From IMG/VR virus record IMGVR_UViG_3300025103_000063, positions 1 through 37,915 of that record: a stretch of DNA of 37,915 nt. The stretch is one strand, 5' to 3'. Below the pieces are notes generated by a model that was not told the DNA's origin, did not search any database, and saw only the letters and a list, made by a program, of their open reading frames with translations. The DNA comes from a virus (lineage: Duplodnaviria > Caudoviricetes). The position numbers were made by a program, and so were the translations under genes. Positions 7,194 to 16,148 of this stretch are shown piece by piece. Every line of letters begins with the position of its first letter. Within the stretch, counting starts at the first letter, position 1.

Positions 7194-10100
7194 TTAATCG
7201 TGATAATAGCAGAAACCACTTTTGCTTCTAGTTTTGACTTTGCATCGCTTGCCATCCGACTTAATACGCCTGCACTGAGTTTCCTTAGCGCTGCTGCTTT
7301 TCATTTCAACTTTTTCATGGACCGTACACTTTCCACCTTTAACAGGTTTGTTTGTACAACGTTTACCAGAGGTAGTGGCGGCGCTACAAGTTATATTCTT
7401 TTTACCTTGCTTTACTTCTTTTCTTTGATCAGCTTCAAACTTGTTTTCTAACTGATCTCGCTTAGCTTGTTTTTCAACTTTTTTAGCTTGCTTAACTTTT
7501 TCTCTACCTTTTTCTTTAGCAGCTTCTACAGCTGGATCTTTACCAAGATTAACATCCCATCTGCTCCAACCTAAACCAACAGCGACTCTCTGCCAAGTAG
7601 CAACATTTTGGTCGAGCATCGTTCTAGCGTTATTTATTAGTTTTACTGTTCGCTCAGTTGGAGCGTTTGTTACTCCTTCAATTACGCTGCCAACAGCTAG
7701 CCATAGAGGATTTCTGCTATCATATAAAGGCATTTCACCTATAGCTTCTTCGTTCCAATCATAAGTCTTCATGGCTGAATATATTTTTCTAGCTTTAGAC
7801 CCTATAGGTGGAGACACGTTAAGAGCTTCAACTAGCACTCCAGCATAGTCTTTATTCCAGTCTTTACCTTGCTCTTTAGCATATCGCTTTACAGTTTTTA
7901 CAATAGTGTCTAACACGGCGCCTTTTATACCAGAACCTCTAAGTATTGTGCTAATCATACCGCTAGATATTCTTTCTATTTTCCTGTCAAGCACTTCTTC
8001 GTCTTCTTCGTCGTCAAAAGCTAAGGCAAACAAAGCGTTTTGCATGGCAGAAAATATTAAACTTTGAGCTGTACCATAGTATATTATTCTACTAACATTA
8101 GCTCTCCAATCTCCTCTATTGTTTATTAAGTCGCTACCAGCTTTCTTTATAATTCTATTATATTGCATCGGCGTGTTTTGAAACGCTAATATAAGTCTAC
8201 CTAAAACAGACGCTTGCTGTTGTGATATTCTGTCAGGCCTACTTGACTGCTGCGTCTCTTCTGTTACCTTAACAAAGTCTTCGTAAGCTTTTGTTTCTGC
8301 TTCAGACTCAGACATGCCTTGCTTAGTGTAAAACTTAATTTGATTTCTATAGTAAGATGAGCCACCCATAGATATAGCAAAGCTATCAGCCATTTGCGTT
8401 GGCGTAAAACCAAGCTGTAGTAATTTCCCTATAACAGCTTTAACTCCACCTTCTTTAACTAAGTCCGCAAGTTCTGAAGCGTTAAGATCTTGCTGTATTC
8501 CAGATCGTCTTACTTTTAGCGTAGGCGAGTTAAACAAGAATACAAAGTCTTCCCAAAACTGAGGTTGATTAGCGAAGGCAGCTGCGGCTTTAAATATATT
8601 GTTATTTTCAAAGTTTAAGTAGTTAACTATAGATAAAGTTTGCAGCACAGCAGATCTAACGTTAACAAACATAATAGCACCAACGGATCCGTTTATCCAG
8701 TTTAACCATTTGTTTACCATGGCGTTTTTACCTTCAGGCCTGTTTTTACCCGTCTTCATACGATAAAGTATGTCTTTCATAGCGCTAACATACTGAGGAC
8801 CATAAGTGGCCTCTAGCTTGTTTAAGTTTTCGCTACTAAATATTTCATCTGCATTTTGTTGCCACTCTGCTAAGAATATGTCTCTTGATTGATCTAAAGC
8901 GTCTTTCATGTCAGACTTAATACTACCAACAACCCAACTGCTACCAGGCTTAGTGTACCCAGCTTCTTGTTTGCTAATTTTAGCAAGATCGTAAGCAAAC
9001 TGCGCCAAGTCAGAATCTCTAGAAACTTTAGTAGATATAAGATCAGCTTCTTCAGCGCTCAACCCTGGAATGTCAATACCATTAATGCTCCAAAGATGTA
9101 TTCTTATAGCTTGCTCTGTAGTAAAATCAGTATCTTCAAAATCTTTCTTTAAAAGCTTTTTAATTTCAGGATTTTGTTTAATAAGATTAGAGTAGTCGTT
9201 AATCATGTTGTACTGCATCTCGTTCATTTCACGATATGCTCTATTGTACGGATCAACTAACGCTTTGTGTAAAAATTCTTTTTGCTGCTCGCCTTTTTTA
9301 CCTTTACCTGTTAGCCTCATTAATAAGCCAGTAAAGTCATCAGCGCCAGGAGATATAAAAAACTCATACTTACCTATGTTCTTGCCTCTTCGTTCAGCTC
9401 TAGCTTTACTAAATGTTTCAGCAGCGTCAATACCTTTGTTTTCTTCTATAATTTTATTAAACTCTTCGTTTAGCGATTTACTAAACTTAACTTTGGCTTG
9501 TTGAACTTTAGATTTAACGTCGAACTGATCTAACATGTTTTGTACAGCTTGTACGTTTTTAAGCGCGTCATCTGCAAAATAAAAGTCATTATAACCATTA
9601 GCCACCTTGTCAGCAACCCACAGTGCTTTAGCTTCTGCAGTAGAGTTACCTAAGCCAGTTATATTTTCTAAAGGTATATCTAAACCGTTTTGTTTTAAAA
9701 ACTCTCTAATAGCCGGCGCTGAATCAGCAGGTCTAGCCGTTAGTACAAACATATCTTTAGTGCCAAACTTACCAGCTAGCTTTTTAGCTTTGTTTAGTAG
9801 TGGCGCAGGCTTACCATCAACTACTTTACTGAACTCTGAGAAATCAAACTTATAACCCAGGTCTGATAAGTCTTCGTAAGTAGCGGCATACTGCTCAGGC
9901 GTAAGAGTGCCTTTAGTACCGTCAGGTCTTGTAAACTTAACAAGCGACTTGCTAGTAGCTAGCGTGTCGTCAAAGTCTAATACAGATATGCCTTTAGCTG
10001 GATTTGTTGTTCTAGAGAACTTGATAACGTTATCATACTTTTTAATTTCCTCTGTTTTGCTAACGGTTTCTATAGGAGAACTAAGACCACCTTCAATGCT

Positions 10101-13100
10101 TTGCAAGTACTTCTTTGTATTTGTAGCTTGGTATCTGCTTCTACCTCCAGAGCTTGTGTTTTTATCAAGAGATATATAAGTGTCTACTTCTTTAGGCAAT
10201 ACGTGAACTTTTGCTTGACTAATAATTTCTTTTAAAGCTTTGTCACTAATGTTGTTTTTAATTCTAGCTTTAATATACTTCACCATGTCTTTAGCAGCAA
10301 TCTCGTGCTCTAGAACTAAGTCTTTAGAACTTTGATTGCCTGTAACAGTAACACCCATAGTGTACATTTTTCTTATAGCGCCTCTTTGGTCTACTGACAT
10401 TAAGTCTACTATAGCCATTTTTTCAGCTGTGCTTAAGTCTTTGCTGTTTATTATTTCAAAAACAAAATCTTGAGCTTGTTTAGCTTCTTCGTTTATTTTA
10501 TTTCTTAACTCACTGTCAGATCTTACGTTGTCTTTTATGTTTTCTATGTTTTCGTACATAGTTATAGTTTCCCCATTGTAGTTTATTCTTTGTCCTACAA
10601 CTTCGCCATTAACAACTACGTCTACTAGCGTGTATTTGCTCTTAGACTCTTCCTCAAGCATGTTGTCGATAATTTCTTCTTTAAACAACTTGTTTGTTGT
10701 TATGCCATCAATCATGCCACTTCTAGTAGATCGACCTATGTTTACTATAAACTCGTTTATTAAGTCTTCTTTTTGCTTAGCGGTAGTAGCTTTAGAAAGT
10801 TTATCGCCAAAATAGTTTGTAGCAGCTTTCAAGCCGGTTGATCTTATTTGACTTACGCTAAAGTTTTTAACGTATTTTATAAATTCTTTTTCATTACTAA
10901 AGTTTATTCCATTAAGGTTTAATCCTTCGTAACTGTTTTCTAAAATGTAGTATGCTTCTACGGGATCAACGTCTGACTCTATAATGTTCATAAAATCAGA
11001 TATAAAATCTAACAATATCTGATCTTCAGCAGTTCCATTTCCGTTATCTATTTTACTTTTTGTAGTATCGTACTGCTTTTGTAAGCTTGGAAGCACTTTA
11101 TTTTCTATCTGTAAGTTTGTTAAAGGTTTAGTTTTGCTAAACTTAACATCAACATCTCTGTTTATTTGAGCAGAAAGCTGCTCTATATCCATACCTTTAG
11201 AAACGTCAGACTCTAACGCTTCAATAACGTCTTCCATTTGTCGCACTTCCATAGTAGCGTCGAAAACTAAACCTATAGCTGCTCTTTTTATAAAACCTTC
11301 TTTTCTAGTGCCTTTTAACCCGCTACGAACCATAGCACCTAGCTTTTCTGAAAACACATTGATAGGTTGATCAGCAAAGTCTATAAGCTCTTGATCTGTA
11401 GGCATACGCTTTTGATACAAGTTTACAGCTTGGCCTTTGTCTATTTTATTTAAAGCTTCTTTAGGCAGCAAGTTATTTCTTACTGCATCCTCTACATCTG
11501 CTTTTGAAGTTAACTTTCTAACAAACTTAGTAAATATTCTGTCGGCTTCAGCTACATTTCTCTCTAAAGAAACTAAATCAGAAACAAAAGATACGTTAAC
11601 TAAAGGCTCTTTAAATTGAACTAACTTTTGTAGATAATCTTTTTTGCCAAAAGTTTCTCTTAGCGGCTTAAACAAATCGCTTCTAATGCCTTTAGTAACA
11701 TACTCTTCTCTAAGCATCTTAATAATAGCGTCGACTCTTTGCTTAGGATCTTTTATACTTTCTGTTTTCTTATAAGCTAAAAGCAGGCTTTTACGCGTAG
11801 CGTCTAAAACTTTATTATAGTTTTTTCCACCTGTTTCAAAACCTATTTCTTGCCTAAACTGAGAGTACTTTTGCTCAGATTCTTTAGATTCTACTTGTTG
11901 TCTTTGTACTTGCGCTCTAGCGGATAAGTCTTGCTCTTCAAGATTTGATATGTCTTGTTGTTCTGCAGCGACAGCTTGAGCTTCTGTAGATTCATCGATG
12001 TCTTTAGTAAATGTTTCTTCTGTAACAGCCCCTTTTTTAAGCACGTTACCTATCTTGTTACCAACTTGACTTCTAATCCAACCTGCTAAACCAAAACCTT
12101 CGTTTGTTTCTTTACGAGTTATATCAAAGTTTTCTACATGGTTTTTTAACTCTCCAAGAACTTCGTTTACAAAGTCTTCTTCTAAAAATCCAGGTGTTCG
12201 TCTAAGCTCTCCAGTAATTCTACCTCTAACCATAGCTTCAAGATCACCACTAGCATACATCTCAAAGTATACGTCTGTACCTTTACCAGGCTTTTTATCT
12301 TTAGCACTACCATACTCTTCTTTAGTGTACTGCTCGCCAAGCTTGTCTATACGAACGTCTCGATCTGTTTTAGTGTAAGTACGAGATTCTTTAGCTACTT
12401 GCTCTGGGGTTACAGCATCTACTTTAGCAAACTCAGAAACACGTTTACTTTTCTTGCCTTTTTTTACAGTTTTATGATACTCTTTTAAAAAGTTATAAAC
12501 TTGTCTGCCATTACTAAACTCTCCTCTTCTTCCTGCAACTCTTAATATTTCTTCAACAACGTTTTTAGACTTATTAAACAAGCCTTCGTTAAATGAAATT
12601 TCTTTTTTGTCAATAGCATCAGAAAAAGCGGTAAACATTTCTTCTGTTTCAAATATAGCTTCTCCTTCTATTTTGTAACTTTCTTTAAGCCGACTTCTTA
12701 CAGCGTCCTGCTGATCTTTATTTAATATGTTAAAAAAGCTTTTGTTTAAGTTTATTTTTTGTTTAGTTGTAAGTTTGTTAAAGCTATTGCCAATAACAGT
12801 ATGCAAAAACTCGTGGCTTGAAACAGATATAGCGCCTTTTGATTTTGCTACAGTTTCATTTATAAGTATTACGCCTTTATACTCAACACCGTCAGCATCT
12901 TTTACGTTTTTCTTTTTGCCAGAAATTTCTTCGTATCTTTTTTGAAAAGCATCAACACCGCCATTATTTTCGTTAAAAACTTCTATTTTAGCATTAGTAT
13001 CTTTAGCTATATTCTTAACGTTTGATAAATATTTATCGCCAACTCTAGATTCAGCTTTGTTTCTTATGTCATTAGCTTGATCGTTTAGCTCGTTAAACTT

Positions 13101-14417
13101 ATTTCTTAAAACATCTTTGTCTTTAGTAGAGCTAGACTTATTGTAGCTTTTTGTTATTTTATTTTGAGCGTCTATTATTTCAACATACTCATCTAATTCT
13201 TGTTTAGTCATTTCATCAATAGCAACCTTATTGTTGCCTTTGATTCTATTAGCTAAAGAATTTAACTCAATTAACCTTTCTTCAATTACTTCTTTAGAAG
13301 TTTCGTCTGCTTTGTTTACTGCTTCTCCAAGTTGATTAGCCTCTTTGTTTATCACTACTAAAGCAGACTTGTCTTGATTAGTCATTAACGTATTGTAAGC
13401 TCTATCTCTTGCTTTAGAGCTTAATTTTTTTACAGACCCAGCAGCTGTTATAGTAGGTCCAATAGCACCACCAATTAAAAAAGCGTCACTAATTCTTTCA
13501 AAAGCTTCGCTAGCGGCAGCATCTTCATCAAGCATTACTTTGTCGAGGTACATGCTAGTAGCTTCTGTTAAAGCCTCAGATGTTCCTTCTTTGACAAAAG
13601 CAACTCCTAGTTTTTTACCAAAGCCTAACAAGCTTTCTTTTAAAAATTCTTTAGCAACTTTAGTTCCATACTCGCCTTTTATAAAGCCAGCTCTCTTCAT
13701 TAAGCCTCTTGTTACTGTTTCAAAGCCTGCTTCTATAATACCTGAACCAGCGGCGTTAGCAAGAAGTAGCCCAGTATCTCTATCAGCATCTTTGTACATT
13801 TCTTCTTCAAACTTAGCGCCAGCCACACTAACACCTAACACTGCTAAGCCAACAGGTCCAAATCTAGCTGCCGCTATAGAAGGCAAAGATTGAATCATGC
13901 CATCAACCGTTTTGTCTGCCGCTATTTTAGCTTGACTTAAATCTCCGTCTGCAGCCGCTTTTAATAAGCTTTGTGTAATAGTTCCCTCTTCTCTAGTTAT
14001 GTAGTTGTTTAAGTAGTTAGAGGCTTGTTCTAAGTAAGGCGTTAATCCACCTTCTTGATACTGCTTAAATATATTTAATTTTTCTTTTTTGTTAAGGTCC
14101 CTGCCAAGCTCTTGCTCTTTTACAGATATATCTCTAGTAGTTGCTATAGCATCGCCAAATCCTAAAAAAGTTCTTCCAGCCTCAACAAAGCCAAACGCAC
14201 CTATAGCTAGCTTCTCCGCGGCGGAAGGCCCTCCAGGAAGAGTCGCTCTTGATTTAGCATACTCTTCTAGTGGTATTTGCTTTAGCTCAAAGCCCTCTTT
14301 AATAGTCATGCCGGCTTTTAAAAGCTTTTCTAAAGCATCTTCGTAAGATGATCCAGTTTTATCCGCAGCAGCTTGTATGTCTTCTACAGTCCAGTCTTGT
14401 CCTTTAAATTCAAACAT
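7194..14417 (-). CDS. Giant multidomain putative ejection/internal virion protein (2407 aa): zincin HExxH, HAD phosphatase domain, two C-terminal CCCH fingers
   Basis: HEFLH at 12801-12815. HAD motifs VLDFDDT (9963-9983), VLTAR, AEAKA and YFADD. CX9CX9-10CX2H twice at 7197-7388. Gly/Ala-rich hydrophobic N-terminal region. Last and largest of three genes after the nozzle. Confidence 0.7.
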   Translation of the reverse strand: MFEFKGQDWTVEDIQAAADKTGSSYEDALEKLLKAGMTIKEGFELKQIPLEEYAKSRATLPGGPSAAEKLAIGAFGFVEAGRTFLGFGDAIATTRDISVKEQELGRDLNKKEKLNIFKQYQEGGLTPYLEQASNYLNNYITREEGTITQSLLKAAADGDLSQAKIAADKTVDGMIQSLPSIAAARFGPVGLAVLGVSVAGAKFEEEMYKDADRDTGLLLANAAGSGIIEAGFETVTRGLMKRAGFIKGEYGTKVAKEFLKESLLGFGKKLGVAFVKEGTSEALTEATSMYLDKVMLDEDAAASEAFERISDAFLIGGAIGPTITAAGSVKKLSSKARDRAYNTLMTNQDKSALVVINKEANQLGEAVNKADETSKEVIEERLIELNSLANRIKGNNKVAIDEMTKQELDEYVEIIDAQNKITKSYNKSSSTKDKDVLRNKFNELNDQANDIRNKAESRVGDKYLSNVKNIAKDTNAKIEVFNENNGGVDAFQKRYEEISGKKKNVKDADGVEYKGVILINETVAKSKGAISVSSHEFLHTVIGNSFNKLTTKQKINLNKSFFNILNKDQQDAVRSRLKESYKIEGEAIFETEEMFTAFSDAIDKKEISFNEGLFNKSKNVVEEILRVAGRRGEFSNGRQVYNFLKEYHKTVKKGKKSKRVSEFAKVDAVTPEQVAKESRTYTKTDRDVRIDKLGEQYTKEEYGSAKDKKPGKGTDVYFEMYASGDLEAMVRGRITGELRRTPGFLEEDFVNEVLGELKNHVENFDITRKETNEGFGLAGWIRSQVGNKIGNVLKKGAVTEETFTKDIDESTEAQAVAAEQQDISNLEEQDLSARAQVQRQQVESKESEQKYSQFRQEIGFETGGKNYNKVLDATRKSLLLAYKKTESIKDPKQRVDAIIKMLREEYVTKGIRSDLFKPLRETFGKKDYLQKLVQFKEPLVNVSFVSDLVSLERNVAEADRIFTKFVRKLTSKADVEDAVRNNLLPKEALNKIDKGQAVNLYQKRMPTDQELIDFADQPINVFSEKLGAMVRSGLKGTRKEGFIKRAAIGLVFDATMEVRQMEDVIEALESDVSKGMDIEQLSAQINRDVDVKFSKTKPLTNLQIENKVLPSLQKQYDTTKSKIDNGNGTAEDQILLDFISDFMNIIESDVDPVEAYYILENSYEGLNLNGINFSNEKEFIKYVKNFSVSQIRSTGLKAATNYFGDKLSKATTAKQKEDLINEFIVNIGRSTRSGMIDGITTNKLFKEEIIDNMLEEESKSKYTLVDVVVNGEVVGQRINYNGETITMYENIENIKDNVRSDSELRNKINEEAKQAQDFVFEIINSKDLSTAEKMAIVDLMSVDQRGAIRKMYTMGVTVTGNQSSKDLVLEHEIAAKDMVKYIKARIKNNISDKALKEIISQAKVHVLPKEVDTYISLDKNTSSGGRSRYQATNTKKYLQSIEGGLSSPIETVSKTEEIKKYDNVIKFSRTTNPAKGISVLDFDDTLATSKSLVKFTRPDGTKGTLTPEQYAATYEDLSDLGYKFDFSEFSKVVDGKPAPLLNKAKKLAGKFGTKDMFVLTARPADSAPAIREFLKQNGLDIPLENITGLGNSTAEAKALWVADKVANGYNDFYFADDALKNVQAVQNMLDQFDVKSKVQQAKVKFSKSLNEEFNKIIEENKGIDAAETFSKARAERRGKNIGKYEFFISPGADDFTGLLMRLTGKGKKGEQQKEFLHKALVDPYNRAYREMNEMQYNMINDYSNLIKQNPEIKKLLKKDFEDTDFTTEQAIRIHLWSINGIDIPGLSAEEADLISTKVSRDSDLAQFAYDLAKISKQEAGYTKPGSSWVVGSIKSDMKDALDQSRDIFLAEWQQNADEIFSSENLNKLEATYGPQYVSAMKDILYRMKTGKNRPEGKNAMVNKWLNWINGSVGAIMFVNVRSAVLQTLSIVNYLNFENNNIFKAAAAFANQPQFWEDFVFLFNSPTLKVRRSGIQQDLNASELADLVKEGGVKAVIGKLLQLGFTPTQMADSFAISMGGSSYYRNQIKFYTKQGMSESEAETKAYEDFVKVTEETQQSSRPDRISQQQASVLGRLILAFQNTPMQYNRIIKKAGSDLINNRGDWRANVSRIIYYGTAQSLIFSAMQNALFALAFDDEEDEEVLDRKIERISSGMISTILRGSGIKGAVLDTIVKTVKRYAKEQGKDWNKDYAGVLVEALNVSPPIGSKARKIYSAMKTYDWNEEAIGEMPLYDSRNPLWLAVGSVIEGVTNAPTERTVKLINNARTMLDQNVATWQRVAVGLGWSRWDVNLGKDPAVEAAKEKGREKVKQAKKVEKQAKRDQLENKFEADQRKEVKQGKKNITCSAATTSGKRCTNKPVKGGKCTVHEKVEMKSSSAKETQCRRIKSDGKRCKVKTRSKSGFCYYHD

Positions 14418-14429
14418 GTATTATCTTTT

Positions 14430-16145
14430 TTAAGAGTTAAAACCGCCACCCATTTCTTTTATAGTTTGGTTGTACCAGTCTTCAATTAGCTTTGTCGCCA
14501 CTCCTTTTTCAATATCGTTTTTTGCTTTGTTAAGCTGCTCTCGCGTGCCGTTGCCGTAAGCTTTTAGCTCTTTTTGAAGCTCAGGGTTAAGCCCTGGTAT
14601 CAAGTCTTGCCTGTACTCAGGATTAAGCCCTGGTATCAAGTCTTGCTTGTACTCAGGATTATCAACTTTTTTTTTAGCTTTGTTTGCCGCTGCAACTAGT
14701 AAAGCTTCTTCGTCAGAAAAGCTTGGGTTTTCTTTTTTAACTTCTAGCACAGATTCTTCAGTAACGCCTAAAATTCTTTTTGTTGACGTGCCACCAGGCT
14801 CTAGTAGATTTACACTCCAGGTTCCATCTTCAGCTTTATTCCAACTGCTTTTAGCTGTGTTTAAATTCTCAAATAAAGGTAGACCAGCTATAGTAGCAGC
14901 GTTTTCTCTTAAATATCTTCTAAACTTTATTGATAAAGGGTTAAATCCTCCTTCTTCTTTTAAGTTTAGCTTACTTTCTTTATTAGTTAGCTCTGTCACT
15001 AAAGGATTAGTCTCTCCACTTTCATCGCCTTTAGTTTCGTCATCTTCAGCAATCTCTAAACCTTGTTGCTTAGCTAGCTCTTCAAGCATAGCTTTATGTG
15101 TATCTACTAATTTGTCGCCAAACCAATTTACAAACGAATCTTTAACAGTTGTTCTTGTTCCGTCTTTCAACTCTAAAACATAGGTGACGCCATTCTCTCT
15201 TACTGCTTCAAAAAGCTCTTGCTGAGCGGCTGTGTCATTTTGAATGTTTAAATTGTTGTATATTTCATCCCACCAGCTAGCGGTATTATACATTGCGCCG
15301 TTTTTACTAGCGTCAACTCCTGCTGTGTTTAATCCGTCAAATATTAAAGATTTTATACCGCTGTTTCCAACACCTTCTTTGTTAAACTCCGTGTTGATGT
15401 GGTACATTAAGTTTTGTCTATTTAATATTTTAGCGCTTAATACTTTCTCACGAATAATGTTTGCTGATTCAAACGCTAATCCATTTTCCATCGTTGGTCC
15501 GCTAGCGTTTATATCTTTTATAGCTACTTTCTTACCGTTTAAAACGTAATGCAAGCTTCCATCAATGTTTTGAAATCTATCTTTATTTGTACCTTCTAAT
15601 ATATCGTCATACATTGCTTTGTTAAATGCAGTGTCGCCAGTAGAAATATTGTTTATTCTGTTTTCGTCTTTTATTAAATTTCTTATATCTAGTAGCTTTT
15701 TATTATCATCTCTAAACTGAGCAGTCGTAGAGTTAATCTTATTCATTTTTTTAACTATAGTTTCGTACTTAGCGCTAGAGGGATCTAAAAAAGCTATCTG
15801 TCTGCTTAGCTTTCTATACTCGTCACTATTTTGTTTCATAGTGCCTGTTACTATATCAGACGTGCCGTCAAATAACAAAGAGTCGTCTATATCAGGATTA
15901 GCAGCAATGTAGGCGGTCATGTTTGCTTTAATCATGTCTTCAGCCTCATTAATTCTATCTGTAATAGGTTTTAAGCCTGCGGAAAACACCGCTTCGTCAG
16001 CTAAGGGCTGCAATGCTTTTTGTCTTTCAAATCTAGCTAACTTTTCATATAAGCCTCCATCAGCAGGTTGATTAACCATATCGTTTATATCACCTAAAAA
16101 ATCTTGTGACATTAAACCTTTATTTTTGTCTTGTTTCTTTGCCAT
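14430..16145 (-). CDS. Putative ejection/internal virion protein (571 aa)
   Basis: Helical, charged composition with no recognisable catalytic motif; assigned from its position between the 349-aa and 2407-aa genes. Confidence 0.45.
   Translation of the reverse strand: MAKKQDKNKGLMSQDFLGDINDMVNQPADGGLYEKLARFERQKALQPLADEAVFSAGLKPITDRINEAEDMIKANMTAYIAANPDIDDSLLFDGTSDIVTGTMKQNSDEYRKLSRQIAFLDPSSAKYETIVKKMNKINSTTAQFRDDNKKLLDIRNLIKDENRINNISTGDTAFNKAMYDDILEGTNKDRFQNIDGSLHYVLNGKKVAIKDINASGPTMENGLAFESANIIREKVLSAKILNRQNLMYHINTEFNKEGVGNSGIKSLIFDGLNTAGVDASKNGAMYNTASWWDEIYNNLNIQNDTAAQQELFEAVRENGVTYVLELKDGTRTTVKDSFVNWFGDKLVDTHKAMLEELAKQQGLEIAEDDETKGDESGETNPLVTELTNKESKLNLKEEGGFNPLSIKFRRYLRENAATIAGLPLFENLNTAKSSWNKAEDGTWSVNLLEPGGTSTKRILGVTEESVLEVKKENPSFSDEEALLVAAANKAKKKVDNPEYKQDLIPGLNPEYRQDLIPGLNPELQKELKAYGNGTREQLNKAKNDIEKGVATKLIEDWYNQTIKEMGGGFNS
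14580..14661. repeat. In-frame 36-bp tandem repeat, about 2.3 copies
   Basis: tcagggttaagccctggtatcaagtcttgcctgtac / tcaggattaagccctggtatcaagtcttgcttgtac / tcaggatta, with 2 mismatches between the full copies. Encodes NPEY(K/R)QDLIPGL. Confidence 0.95.
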
Positions 16146-16148
16146 ATC

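Noticed and set aside
9963-9977. DFDD in the giant protein as the catalytic loop of a crAss-like virion RNA polymerase
   Set aside because: The RNAP motif needs DxDxD. Here it is DFDDT with the downstream HAD motifs II-IV, so a phosphatase explains it better.
7194-14417. Giant ORF as a tape measure protein
   Set aside because: It carries enzyme motifs, lacks regular tape-measure repeats, and has no neighbouring tail tube or frameshifted chaperone genes. The surrounding genes are podovirus-like.
14580-14661. 36-bp repeat as a CRISPR array
   Set aside because: Units are directly adjacent with no spacers, in frame inside a CDS, and no cas genes are present.
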